A stretch of 64,000 bases of DNA. Source: Eubacteriales bacterium (GTDB taxonomy: Bacteria; Bacillota; Clostridia; Oscillospirales; CAG-382). Positions 44,618 through 53,886 of the stretch are shown one piece after another (the first letter of the stretch is position 1; every line of letters starts with the position of its first letter). Where the stretch lies: the NCBI GenBank assembly GCA_045544855.1, contig JAZPZV010000010.1:8410-72409 (forward strand), given 5' to 3'. The position numbers and the translations under genes were made by a program. A model generated the notes under the pieces. That model had not been told where the DNA came from, made no database searches, and was given only the letters and a program-made list of their open reading frames with translations.

Positions 44618-45091
44618 TCAGATCAGATCTTTGTAAATGCCGGGAACGGAGCCTTCAATGACTTCCGCACCGCAGACTTTTTTGTAATATTCAACGGGGC
44701 CTGCACTGCCGATGATGGCGTAGCCGTAGCCTTCCTCGCGAAGGGCTTCCATGCAAGCCATCAGAAGTGCACCGCCGATGCCGCCCTTGCGAGCTTCTTC
44801 CGCTACGCCGGTGGGACCGAAGAAGTCGGGTGCGGTGCAATCGTAGCCCGCAAAGCCTAAGATCTCCTTCTTCTCGGTGTCGTAGGCGATGAAGCAGGAA
44901 ACGGGGGACTTGGTGAAGGCGGCGGCGATCTCGTTGGACCAGCCAATGCCGAACTTCTCCTCGATCCAGTTCAGGACCTTATCGCGGTTGGGGGTCATGG
45001 GACGGATGATGCGTACGTTTCTGGCGGCGACTCTGTCGTAGAAGGGCTTGGAGTCGGGCAGGTTGTAAAGCTTGACGAGCATATCGGGCAT
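44618..45091 (-). CDS. GNAT-family N-acetyltransferase
   Basis: 157 aa with the RKGGIGGALLMACMEAL acetyl-CoA-binding motif. Confidence 0.85.
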   Translation of the reverse strand: MPDMLVKLYNLPDSKPFYDRVAARNVRIIRPMTPNRDKVLNWIEEKFGIGWSNEIAAAFTKSPVSCFIAYDTEKKEILGFAGYDCTAPDFFGPTGVAEEARKGGIGGALLMACMEALREEGYGYAIIGSAGPVEYYKKVCGAEVIEGSVPGIYKDLI

Positions 45092-45114
45092 GGGGAAATC
45101 CTCCTTAAAATCTT

Positions 45115-45155
45115 ATGCAAAACACCGCCGTATCGCTTCTGCAAAACGGCGGTGT
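45115..45155 (-). terminator. intrinsic terminator of the LRR protein gene
   Basis: 10-bp stem ACACCGCCGT / ACGGCGGTGT, followed on the minus strand by TTTTG. Confidence 0.65.
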
Positions 45156-45176
45156 CTCTGTTCCTTAGAAACGGAA

Positions 45177-47384
45177 TTACTTATCGGAAACCTTGTCGTA
45201 GGTTGCCTTCATGTTGCCATACTCGGAGAAGATGGAGAAGTCGGTGATCTTCTTGCAGCCCTTCAGAGTGATGTTCAGCTTGGACTTGGCGTCGAAGATC
45301 AGCTCAGCCTTCTTGTCGCCGTTCTTGGGAGTACCGAAGGCATCCTTGATGGAGGTGTCGTCCAGAGCGGTACAATCGGTGAAGTTCACGGTGGTCAGCT
45401 TCTTCAGAGTTACCAGATCCTTGATGTCCTTCAGCTTTTCGCAGTCGGTCATGGTCAGGGTGGTCACAGACTCGTTGCCCTTCAGACCGCTCAGGCTTTC
45501 CAGGTCGGTGTCGGACAGGTTCACGGTGGTGAGGTTCTTCAGCGCCTTCAGATCGGGGATCTCGGTGAGGCCGGTCTTGTTGGCGGTGAGGGTCTTCAAA
45601 GACAGGAGAGACTCAATGCCCTTCAAAGAGGTCAGGGTCTTGTTATCGGTGAGGGTCAGGGTCTCCAGCTTAGCGCAATCGTTGAACTTCAGTGCGCCCT
45701 CTTCCCCTGCGGTGAGCTTGTTGTCGGACAGATCCAGGGAGCTCAGCTTCTTAGCGGAGAGGGTGATGTTCTTGATGTAGTTATCGGAAAGGTTGATGGT
45801 AACGGTGTTCTTGTTTGCAGCCTTGTCATCTTCCTTTTCTACCTTCTTGTCTGCCTCGATATCGTCGTCGCTCATACCGGGGTAGGTGGGGTTGAAGGAA
45901 GCCAGACCGGAAGCGTCTTCCAGAGCGTTGTCGGAAAGATCCAGACTGCCCAGACGATCCAGACCCTTCAGGTCGGGGATGGCGGTGATGTTGTTATCGG
46001 ACAGCGCCAGAGTGATCAGCTTGGTCATGCCGGTGACGGCGGACATATCGGTGATCTTGTTGTCGGAAGCGTCCAGATAGGTGACTTCGGTAGCAGAGGA
46101 CAGTGCGGAGATATCGGTAATGCTGTTACCGGACAGGTAAACGCTTTCCAGCTTGGAGAAGCCCTTCACTGCGCTGATGTCGGTAAGGGAGCAATCCAGA
46201 GCGTGGAGCAGCTTCATCTCGGTCAGACCCTCAACGCCTGCCAGAGACTCAACGGGGTTGGTGGCGATGGAGAGGTACTTGATGTTCTTCAGAGAAGACA
46301 GAGCGGAGAGGCTGGTCACGTTGTTGTTGGAGATGTCCAGATACTTCAGGTTGGGAAGCTTGGAGAGTACGGTCAGATCCTCGTTGGTAAGGCCGGTGGT
46401 GTTGTATTCAACTTCGGTCTCCTTGGATTCTTCTCTCTCTTCCTCTTCCTCGGGAGTCTCTTCCTTCTCTTCCTCGGAGGAAGTATCGGAGGATGCGTCG
46501 GAAGAAGTGTCTGCGGAGGTATCGGCAGAGGTGTCGCCGGAGGTCTCGTGGTCGTGGTCGTGATCGTGATCCTCATCTTCCTCGGGGATCTCCACGTTCA
46601 GGCTGTTCATGCTCAGATAAGTCAGACCGGGCACCTTCTCCAGAGCGGAGATATCGGTGAGTGCGGTGTTGGCCACGTCCAGCTTGTTCAGGTTGGGGAA
46701 GTTCTCAATGCCGTTCAGACTGGTGATGCCGGTGTAGCAGAGAGAAAGCTGCTCCAGCTTGGTCAGGGAAGAGATCTGGCTCAGATCGGTGAGCGCGGAA
46801 AGCTTGGTAGCCTCTACGATGGTGTCCAGAGTGTAAGGGATGTTGCCCAGACCGTACATGCTGTACAGCTGGGTCTGATAACAGCCCTCGGACATGGTGG
46901 ACAGCTCGGAAACGTCGTATGCACGGAGCATACGCAGGTTACGGAACAGGTTCAGGTCCGCAGGATCGGTGAGGATGTAACCCACCTGCACGATGTTCTT
47001 GGAATAATCCACGTTCTCTTCGCTCTCGCCCTCGTAATCGGGGTCGGTCTGCTCCATGAGAGCGTCGGTATAGGTCTTGTCGCACAGCATGACCACGGGG
47101 GTTGCGTAGGACTGATAGGTGGTGGTGTCCACGCCTACGCTGCAGAAGTAGATCAGACCCTCAAAACGGTCCAGATCCTCCTGGGTGAGGTCATACTGGG
47201 AAGAGAGACCCAGTGCGGTTGCGATGGCAGAAGCAAAGTTCTTATCGCTGAAGTCCTGATAGAAGGACATTTTGTGAGAGATACTGATCACGATGGTGCT
47301 TGCCAGCATGATAAACACCAGCGCACAACAGATAATAGCAGTCCAAAACTGCTTTTTCTGTTTTGTCTTGTAAATAGATGCCAT
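45177..47384 (-). CDS. membrane-anchored leucine-rich-repeat (internalin-like) surface protein
   Basis: N-terminal TM segment WTAIICCALVFIMLASTIVISI. More than 20 units of ~22 aa, LxxLxxLxLSxNxItDIsxL. Central EDEDHDHDHDHETSG...acidic insert. GGAGG RBS before the ATG at 47384. Confidence 0.85.
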   Translation of the reverse strand: MASIYKTKQKKQFWTAIICCALVFIMLASTIVISISHKMSFYQDFSDKNFASAIATALGLSSQYDLTQEDLDRFEGLIYFCSVGVDTTTYQSYATPVVMLCDKTYTDALMEQTDPDYEGESEENVDYSKNIVQVGYILTDPADLNLFRNLRMLRAYDVSELSTMSEGCYQTQLYSMYGLGNIPYTLDTIVEATKLSALTDLSQISSLTKLEQLSLCYTGITSLNGIENFPNLNKLDVANTALTDISALEKVPGLTYLSMNSLNVEIPEEDEDHDHDHDHETSGDTSADTSADTSSDASSDTSSEEEKEETPEEEEEREESKETEVEYNTTGLTNEDLTVLSKLPNLKYLDISNNNVTSLSALSSLKNIKYLSIATNPVESLAGVEGLTEMKLLHALDCSLTDISAVKGFSKLESVYLSGNSITDISALSSATEVTYLDASDNKITDMSAVTGMTKLITLALSDNNITAIPDLKGLDRLGSLDLSDNALEDASGLASFNPTYPGMSDDDIEADKKVEKEDDKAANKNTVTINLSDNYIKNITLSAKKLSSLDLSDNKLTAGEEGALKFNDCAKLETLTLTDNKTLTSLKGIESLLSLKTLTANKTGLTEIPDLKALKNLTTVNLSDTDLESLSGLKGNESVTTLTMTDCEKLKDIKDLVTLKKLTTVNFTDCTALDDTSIKDAFGTPKNGDKKAELIFDAKSKLNITLKGCKKITDFSIFSEYGNMKATYDKVSDK

Positions 47385-47426
47385 GTTGTTTCCTCCGAAA
47401 CTTGAGAATTCTTTATTCAATGGGTT

Positions 47427-47455
47427 ATTGTACCACAAAAAGTTGACAATTGCAA
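47427..47455 (-). promoter_or_regulatory. sigma-A-type promoter of the LRR protein gene
   Basis: On the minus strand: TTGCAA, 17-nt spacer, TACAAT. Confidence 0.6.
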
Positions 47456-47479
47456 GAGGTATTTGATTTTTCTATGAAA

Positions 47480-48775
47480 TTATCCTTCATACTCCGCCAA
47501 AGCGGTGAACATCTTCAAGGCGATCTCGAAATCCGCCTCGGTCCTGCCGTAGGGTTCTTCTCCTTCCTCGGGGGCTTTCCGCATACACAGATAGGATACG
47601 GCGCCCAGCTCGTGATACCCTTCGGTATTATATAAAGGAAGGGTGTTGAGCTTCAACGCCACGCCGTCCACGGCGCCCGCCATCTCGGCAAGGGCCTTTG
47701 GCAGGGGAGCCAGGAGACCTTGCTCCTTGGCGTAGTCGTAGGATTTTTGGTCCAGCAGGAAGAGACATTCTCCCCCGGTGACCAAGCGGGTGCGGATGGC
47801 CTTTGCGATGATCTCCGCCGTCAGACCGTTGCCGCTGCGGGTGACGTCTCCCAAAACGCCCCGCTTTGCGCCGTCGCCGTTTTCATCGGCCACCAGCTTG
47901 CCCAGCAGAGCCTCCACGGGCAAACGGACGCTTTTGTAGATAGGCTCTTCTCCCACGTAAAGCAGGGTGAAGTCGGGCGGGGTCACCGTGTCGATCACAC
48001 GGTTTTCGTTTTTGTAGGATGCCATGGCAACGAACAGATCTCTGTGGTAGCCCCATTCCTCCATGGTCCTGCCGTAAGAGATGGCGTCGTTCTCCGGGCT
48101 TCTCCGCAGACAGACCACCGCCTCGGGGGGCATTTTGGAAAAACCGGGAAGCTCGTAGCAATCCAGGTTGCCGATGGGAATGCCGTAGCCGTCCAGACTG
48201 AGAGAGGGATCGATGCCCAATTCCGCCAGAGGGGTGAGGATGCCCTCGGAAAGCACCTGACGGTAGAAGTAGGGCTCTAAGAAATACAAAAGCGTATCTC
48301 CCGCCCGCAATTCCGTCTGGAAACGGGTGTAGGTGGTGTTCTGATCGTCGTAGGTGTATTCCACGCCCTCGGAATCCTGGATGTGGGACACGGTGAGATC
48401 CAAAAAGTCAAAACGGAAGTGGCCGTCCTTGTTGTAATCTCCCGCTGCTTCCCCGGAGAGGGAGGCGATGCTGTTCCCCAAATTGTCCTTTTCCGCAGGA
48501 TTCATATAAAAAGGTCCTACGTACATCATGGAAAGATCCGGATTGGAGGTGGAGGACATCTGGGAGATGCTGATGACGATCCCCACCACGATGATCCCCA
48601 CGATGAGAATGGGCCATTTGTAATACTCCCCAATGTATTCCATCCAGCCCTTGAAGCCGGGTCCTCGCTTTTGGTATTTTTCCTGTTCGTCCCGGGTATC
48701 CTCGGGGGAGGAACCCTCCGCTTCCGCCTGCTTACGGAGCTTCTGGACTTCTTGCATTTGTTTGTAGTCGCGCAT
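47480..48775 (-). CDS. hypothetical single-pass membrane protein with internally duplicated extracytoplasmic domain
   Basis: 431 aa. Charged N-terminal ~55 aa, TM segment WPILIVGIIVVGIVISI, then two homologous ~170-aa halves. Confidence 0.7.
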   Translation of the reverse strand: MRDYKQMQEVQKLRKQAEAEGSSPEDTRDEQEKYQKRGPGFKGWMEYIGEYYKWPILIVGIIVVGIVISISQMSSTSNPDLSMMYVGPFYMNPAEKDNLGNSIASLSGEAAGDYNKDGHFRFDFLDLTVSHIQDSEGVEYTYDDQNTTYTRFQTELRAGDTLLYFLEPYFYRQVLSEGILTPLAELGIDPSLSLDGYGIPIGNLDCYELPGFSKMPPEAVVCLRRSPENDAISYGRTMEEWGYHRDLFVAMASYKNENRVIDTVTPPDFTLLYVGEEPIYKSVRLPVEALLGKLVADENGDGAKRGVLGDVTRSGNGLTAEIIAKAIRTRLVTGGECLFLLDQKSYDYAKEQGLLAPLPKALAEMAGAVDGVALKLNTLPLYNTEGYHELGAVSYLCMRKAPEEGEEPYGRTEADFEIALKMFTALAEYEG

Positions 48776-48804
48776 AAAAATTGCCTCCGTGTCGAAGTCT
48801 ATCC

Positions 48805-48833
48805 ATTATACCACAGAATTCTCTGCTTGGCAA
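48805..48833 (-). promoter_or_regulatory. sigma-A-type promoter (extended -10) of the 47480-48775 gene
   Basis: On the minus strand: TTGCCA, 17-nt spacer ending in TGG, TATAAT. Confidence 0.65.
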
Positions 48834-48867
48834 TAGGGGAAATTGTTAAATAATTTTTCCCAAACCA

Positions 48868-48899
48868 TGAAAAAAGAACCCTGCGGGTGCAGGGTTCTT
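48868..48899 (-). terminator. intrinsic terminator of SBP paralogue 1
   Basis: 11-bp stem AAGAACCCTGC / GCAGGGTTCTT followed on the minus strand by TTTTTT. Confidence 0.8.
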
Positions 48900-48913
48900 G
48901 GGGTACAAGGGGA

Positions 48914-50437
48914 TTATTGCGGGTCTTCGTACTGCGCTATATCGTCGATAAAGTCCTCGATGGCGATCTTTGCACCGTCGGAGAGGGAGTCGAAGCGGGA
49001 GGCGTAGTTGGTGTCGATGGTGTAGTAGCAGTTCATGATGTTGCCCCAGTTGTAGATGGGACCCAGGTCAAAGGAACGGCTTGCGAAGATGATGTCCAGC
49101 ATATCGGCAGACTCGTCGTCGCGGGCATCTCTGCCCTTCAGCTGCATCTCGTAGAACTCGGGAGTAACCGATTCCTGAGACTTCATTGCCAAGGCCTCGA
49201 TCACCAGACCCAGATCCTCCGCCTCGGGAACACCGTAGGGGAGCATCAGGTAAGAGGAGTTGGCGGGAGAAACGGTGTGGTAATACTGATCCTGATCTTC
49301 AAAGGTCATGGGCATGGGGAGAATACCGAACTCGTCGTCCATATTGCGGAAGCCGGCAACGTTGATCAGACCGCAGATGTAGAACAGCTCTCTGCCCTCC
49401 ACGAAGGCCTTATGTACGGTGGCTTCCCAAACGTTGGAATAGCCCTTGCCGTCGTACTTGCCGCCGTCGGCAACCATGACCTCGTCGCTGAGGTAGAAGT
49501 TGACGATCTTGTCCAGCGCCGCGTAGGTACGCTCGGTGGCGTTGTCCACGGTGAGGTAGGGCATGTCGGAATCGTCCTTGGAGATGGCGTGGACGCCGCC
49601 GCCCACCACCTGTGCGAATACGTTGAACTTCTCGGTGCCGCAGGCCCAGATATCGAATTCGTCAATGCCGCCCTTGCCGTCGAACTCCTGGGTCACGCCC
49701 TTGCAGGTCTGCATGAAGTAATCCAAGGTCCATTCCTTGTCCTTGGCCTTTTGATAGAAGTCGTCGGCAATGCCCAGGTCTTCCTTCAGATTCTTGTTGA
49801 ACAGCACACACCAGGTGCCCAGGTTATCGTAGGTGTTGATATCGCCGCAGACCCAGAACAGTCTGTTGTCCACGGAAACGTCCGCCACACAGTTCTGATC
49901 CCACCAGGAGTTTTCCAGATGGATGGTCTCCACCGTTTTCAGGTCGGTGAGGGCATTGCTGAGGGTGAGGTTCTGTGCATAGTGGGCGCTGGCGAAGACG
50001 ATGTCGTAATCGTAGGTGCCTACGGTGACCATGTTCTTTACGTCGTCTAAGAAGGAGGTCTTGTTGGTGACTACGCCCTGAATGGTGACGTTGTACTCGT
50101 CCTCCACGGCGTCCACCACTGCCGCCTTGGCCACGTCAACGCGGCTGGGATCCCCCTCGGCGTTGGAAATGATCTCGCCGGTGTAGCCCAGAATGGAAGC
50201 AGAGCCTGCACTCCAGTCCCAGCAGAGGACGTTGATGACTCTGTCGTCCAGATCTCGGATCTCGGGGGCGATATCGTCGTTTTCTTCGGAGGATTCCCCG
50301 GGTTGGGAGGTTTCGCCGCCGGCTTGAGAAGAGGTAGCCTCGGAAACGGTACCCGCAGTCTCATTACAAGAGGCCAGCAAGGGCAGAGCCAGTGCAAGCA
50401 CCATGAAGAGGATCAAAAGCTTGCTCAGATGTTTCAT
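48914..50437 (-). CDS. ABC-type extracellular solute-binding lipoprotein, paralogue 1
   Basis: Lipobox LASC and an acidic linker. About 500 aa with sugar-SBP-like organisation. Shares long identical stretches with paralogue 2. Confidence 0.8.
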   Translation of the reverse strand: MKHLSKLLILFMVLALALPLLASCNETAGTVSEATSSQAGGETSQPGESSEENDDIAPEIRDLDDRVINVLCWDWSAGSASILGYTGEIISNAEGDPSRVDVAKAAVVDAVEDEYNVTIQGVVTNKTSFLDDVKNMVTVGTYDYDIVFASAHYAQNLTLSNALTDLKTVETIHLENSWWDQNCVADVSVDNRLFWVCGDINTYDNLGTWCVLFNKNLKEDLGIADDFYQKAKDKEWTLDYFMQTCKGVTQEFDGKGGIDEFDIWACGTEKFNVFAQVVGGGVHAISKDDSDMPYLTVDNATERTYAALDKIVNFYLSDEVMVADGGKYDGKGYSNVWEATVHKAFVEGRELFYICGLINVAGFRNMDDEFGILPMPMTFEDQDQYYHTVSPANSSYLMLPYGVPEAEDLGLVIEALAMKSQESVTPEFYEMQLKGRDARDDESADMLDIIFASRSFDLGPIYNWGNIMNCYYTIDTNYASRFDSLSDGAKIAIEDFIDDIAQYEDPQ

Positions 50438-50470
50438 ATGTTTCTCCTTTTTAAAATACTCTTTCGGGAC

Positions 50471-50499
50471 ATTTTAGCACATTTTTTGGAATTTGTCAA
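50471..50499 (-). promoter_or_regulatory. sigma-A-type promoter of SBP paralogue 1
   Basis: On the minus strand: TTGACA, 17-nt spacer, TAAAAT. Confidence 0.65.
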
Positions 50500-50511
50500 C
50501 TTGCCGCCTGT

Positions 50512-50547
50512 ATAAAAAAGAAGAGCTCCGCAAAAAACGGAGCTCTT
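50512..50547 (-). terminator. intrinsic terminator of SBP paralogue 2
   Basis: 10-bp stem AAGAGCTCCG / CGGAGCTCTT followed on the minus strand by CTTTTTTAT. Confidence 0.8.
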
Positions 50548-50565
50548 GGTAGGTTTGGGGGAATT

Positions 50566-52071
50566 TTATTGGGGATCTTCGTAGGACTCGATGATCTCCA
50601 CGCAGCCCTCGATGGCCAGCTTTGCGCCTTCGGAGAGGGAGTCGAAGCGGGAGGCGTAGTTGGTGTCCAGGGTGTAGAAGCAATCCATGATGGAGCCCCA
50701 GTTGAATACGGGGGCAAGGTCAAAGGAACGGGTGGCAAAGATGATATCCAGCATTTCTGCGGATTCGCTGTCACGGGCATCTCTGCCCTTCAGCTGCATT
50801 TCGTAGAATTCGGGGGTGACCAATTCCTGAGATCTCATAGCCAGCGCCTCCACCACCAGACCCAGATCCTCCACACCGGGAATGCCGTAGGGGATCATCA
50901 TGTAAGAGGAGTTGCCTGCGGAAACGGTATGGTAGTAGGTGTCCTGCTCCTTAAAGGTCTTGGGCATGGGCAGGATGCCGAACTCGTACGCCATACTGCG
51001 GAAGCCCGCTACGTTGATCAGACCGCAGATGTAGAACAGCTCTCTGCCTTCGATAAAGGCCTTGTGAACGGTGGCTTCCCAAACGTTGGAGTAGCCCTTG
51101 CCGTCGTACTTGCCGCCGTTGGCTACCATGACCTCATCGCTGAGGTAGAAGTTGATGATCTTATCCAAAGCCGCATAGGTGCGCTCGGTCTGGTTCTCGA
51201 TGGTGAGGTAGGGAATGTCGTTTTCGTCCTTGGAGATGGTGTGGATGCCGCCGCCTATTACCTGTGCGAACACGTTGAACTTCTCGGTGCCGCAGGCCCA
51301 CCGGTCGAATTCGTCCTGACCGTCGCCGTTCAGGTCGGTGGTGACCCCTTGACAGATCTCCATGAAGTAGTCCAGATTCCAAGTGCCGTCCTTGGCCATC
51401 TGGTAGAAGTCGTCTGCAATGCCCAGATCTTCCTTCAGATCCTTGTTGAACAGCACGCACCAAGTACCCAGGTTATCGTAGGTGTTGATATCGCCGCACA
51501 CCCAGAACAGGCGGTTGCTGATGGAAACGTCCGACACGCAGTTCTGGTCCCACCAGGAGTTTTCCAGATGGATAGTCTTAATGGTCTTCAGATCGGTGAG
51601 GGCGCCGTTGACCGCATAGTCCTGTGCGCCGCCTGCACCGGTGAACACGATGTCGTAATCGTAGGTGCCGCCGGTGATCATGTTCTTGACGTCTGCGGAG
51701 AAGGAGCTTTTGTTGGTGACTTCACCGCTGATGGTAACGTTGTAATCTTCTTCAACGGCGTCGATCACCGCTTTCTTTGCCACGTCTACGCGGCTGGGTT
51801 CTTCCTCGGCGTTGGAGATGATCTCACCGGTGTAGCCCAGAATGGAAGCAGAGCCTGCACTCCAGTCCCAGCAGAGGACGTTGATGACTCTGCCGTCCAG
51901 ATCCTTGACCTCGGGGGCTACGTCCTCGTGGACGCTTTCTTCGGGATGGGAGACCTCGCTACTGTCCGGGGTGGAGGTGCCTTGGGAAACGGCAGGCTCG
52001 GTATTCCCGCAGGCCACCAGCAAGGGCAATGCCAGGGCAAGCACCATGAGGATGGCGAAAAGCTGTTTCAT
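50566..52071 (-). CDS. ABC-type extracellular solute-binding lipoprotein, paralogue 2
   Basis: Lipobox LVAC. Shares RVINVLCWDWSAGSASILGYTGEIISNAE and RLFWVCGDINTYDNLGTWCVLFNK with paralogue 1. Confidence 0.8.
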   Translation of the reverse strand: MKQLFAILMVLALALPLLVACGNTEPAVSQGTSTPDSSEVSHPEESVHEDVAPEVKDLDGRVINVLCWDWSAGSASILGYTGEIISNAEEEPSRVDVAKKAVIDAVEEDYNVTISGEVTNKSSFSADVKNMITGGTYDYDIVFTGAGGAQDYAVNGALTDLKTIKTIHLENSWWDQNCVSDVSISNRLFWVCGDINTYDNLGTWCVLFNKDLKEDLGIADDFYQMAKDGTWNLDYFMEICQGVTTDLNGDGQDEFDRWACGTEKFNVFAQVIGGGIHTISKDENDIPYLTIENQTERTYAALDKIINFYLSDEVMVANGGKYDGKGYSNVWEATVHKAFIEGRELFYICGLINVAGFRSMAYEFGILPMPKTFKEQDTYYHTVSAGNSSYMMIPYGIPGVEDLGLVVEALAMRSQELVTPEFYEMQLKGRDARDSESAEMLDIIFATRSFDLAPVFNWGSIMDCFYTLDTNYASRFDSLSEGAKLAIEGCVEIIESYEDPQ

Positions 52072-52103
52072 AAACTGTCTCCTTGTTCGTTCTTTATATT
52101 CTT

Positions 52104-52132
52104 ATTGTAGCACGGCTTTCCCCTTTTGTCAA
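52104..52132 (-). promoter_or_regulatory. sigma-A-type promoter of SBP paralogue 2
   Basis: On the minus strand: TTGACA, 17-nt spacer, TACAAT. Confidence 0.65.
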
Positions 52133-52159
52133 GGAAAAACGCCATTCTGCCCGGGGGAT

Positions 52160-52189
52160 GAAAAAAGAGCCGGGGTTGACTCGGCTCTT
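52160..52189 (-). terminator. intrinsic terminator of SBP paralogue 3
   Basis: 8-bp stem AAGAGCCG / CGGCTCTT followed on the minus strand by TTTTTC. Confidence 0.7.
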
Positions 52190-52201
52190 TTGTGGGAAAA
52201 C

Positions 52202-53725
52202 TCAGTTGAGAACGGGATCGTAGCCTTCCAGATCCTCGATGGTGTCCTCGATGGCAAGATTTGCATTGTCGATGACGGCGTCGAAGCGGGAAGCAACGTT
52301 GTCGGGGCTGATGTCGTAGTAGCAGCTCATGATGGAGCCCCAGTTGTAGCTGATGCCCAGGTCGAAGCAACGGGAACCGAAGATGATGTCCAGCATTTCC
52401 TCGGATTCATCGTCACGGGCGTCTCTGCCCTTCAGCTGTACTTCGTAGAACTCGGGGGTAACGATCTCCTGAGACTTCATTGCCATGGCCTCGATCACGG
52501 TACCCAGCTCTTCGATGTTGGGAATGCCGTAGGGGATGAGCATGTAGGAGGAGTTGTCGGGAGATACGGTGTGGTAGTATCTGTCCTGCTCGGGGAACAG
52601 CTTGGGCATGGGCAGGATCCCCAAAGGATCGTCCATGTTACGGAAGCCCGCAAGGCTGATCAGACCGCAAACGTAGAACAGCTCTCTGCCTTCCTCGAAG
52701 GCCTTGATGATGGTGGATTCCCAGGGGTTGGGGTAGTTGTTGTACTTACCGCCGTTGGCAACCATGACCTCGCCGCCGTTGTAGAAGTCAAGAACCTTCT
52801 GCAGTGCGTTGTAGGTACGCTCGGTGTCCAGAGAAACGGTGAGATAGGGAAGGTCGGTGGTGGGATCCTTCTCCGCAACGCGGATACCGCCGCCTACCAG
52901 ATGTGCGTAGATGTTGAAGGTCTCGGTACCGCAGGCCCACTGGTCGAACTCGTTCAGACCGTCGCCCTCAAGATCCTGGGTAACGCCCTTGCAAACTTCC
53001 ATGAAGTAATCCAGGTTCCACTCGCCGTCTCTTGCCTTCTGGTAGAAGTCGTCGGTGATGCCCAGGTCGTCCTTCATCTTCTTGTTGAACAGAACGCACC
53101 AGGTACCCAGGTTATCGTAGGTGTTGATGTCGCCGCAGACACGGAACAGACGGCCGCCGATGGAAAGATCCTCCACAGCGTTTTGATCCCACCAGGAGTT
53201 CTCGAAATGGAGGGTGGGAACGGTGTTCAGGTCGGTCAACAGATCGTTTGCCAGCATATTCAGAGTTTGGTTGGAGCTGGCGAAAATGATGTCGTATGCA
53301 TAAGTACCGGAGGAGACCATCTGCTGGACCTCTTCCATGATGTTGCCGGAGGTCATACGGTAGCCTTCGCCGATGGTGCAGTTGTAGTTAGCCTCGATAT
53401 AGTCCACGACTTCCTTCTTGGCCTTGTCCACGCGGGAATAGTTGGGCTCGGATTCATCGCTGTAAACGATCTCGCCGGTGTAGCCCTTGATGGAAGCGGA
53501 GTCTATGCCCCAGCCCCACTGAAGGACGTTGATCTCTCTGCCGTCTAAGTCGATGACCTCGGGGTAGATATTGGTATCCTCGGAAACTTCCTCGGAGACC
53601 TCGCCGCCCACGGAGGTGCTGCCCTGAGAGGGAGTAGAGGTGGTGGAGGTATCCTCACCGCAAGCCACCAGCAAAGGAAGTGCCATTACGCAGACCAGCA
53701 AGAGCGCAAAAAGTCTTTTTGCCAT
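52202..53725 (-). CDS. ABC-type extracellular solute-binding lipoprotein, paralogue 3 (more divergent)
   Basis: Lipobox LVAC. REINVLQWGWGIDSASIKGYTGEIV and RLFRVCGDINTYDNLGTWCVLFNK are homologous to paralogues 1 and 2. Confidence 0.8.
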   Translation of the reverse strand: MAKRLFALLLVCVMALPLLVACGEDTSTTSTPSQGSTSVGGEVSEEVSEDTNIYPEVIDLDGREINVLQWGWGIDSASIKGYTGEIVYSDESEPNYSRVDKAKKEVVDYIEANYNCTIGEGYRMTSGNIMEEVQQMVSSGTYAYDIIFASSNQTLNMLANDLLTDLNTVPTLHFENSWWDQNAVEDLSIGGRLFRVCGDINTYDNLGTWCVLFNKKMKDDLGITDDFYQKARDGEWNLDYFMEVCKGVTQDLEGDGLNEFDQWACGTETFNIYAHLVGGGIRVAEKDPTTDLPYLTVSLDTERTYNALQKVLDFYNGGEVMVANGGKYNNYPNPWESTIIKAFEEGRELFYVCGLISLAGFRNMDDPLGILPMPKLFPEQDRYYHTVSPDNSSYMLIPYGIPNIEELGTVIEAMAMKSQEIVTPEFYEVQLKGRDARDDESEEMLDIIFGSRCFDLGISYNWGSIMSCYYDISPDNVASRFDAVIDNANLAIEDTIEDLEGYDPVLN

Positions 53726-53783
53726 GTGTGTACTTCTCCTGTAAATTCGATAATATTTTGCAAGGGTTTCTTACATTGTTCAC

Positions 53784-53812
53784 ATTATAATACATTTTGC
53801 GTGACTTGTCAA
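53784..53812 (-). promoter_or_regulatory. sigma-A-type promoter of SBP paralogue 3
   Basis: On the minus strand: TTGACA, 17-nt spacer, TATAAT. Confidence 0.65.
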
Positions 53813-53824
53813 GGGTGAAACCGA

Positions 53825-53853
53825 TTGACAAAACGGAAAAAACGGTGTATAAT
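53825..53853 (+). promoter_or_regulatory. sigma-A-type promoter of the 53887 gene
   Basis: TTGACA, 17-nt spacer, TATAAT. Confidence 0.65.
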
Positions 53854-53886
53854 AAGCAGACGAGTTCTAATATCAGTTTTGAAAGG

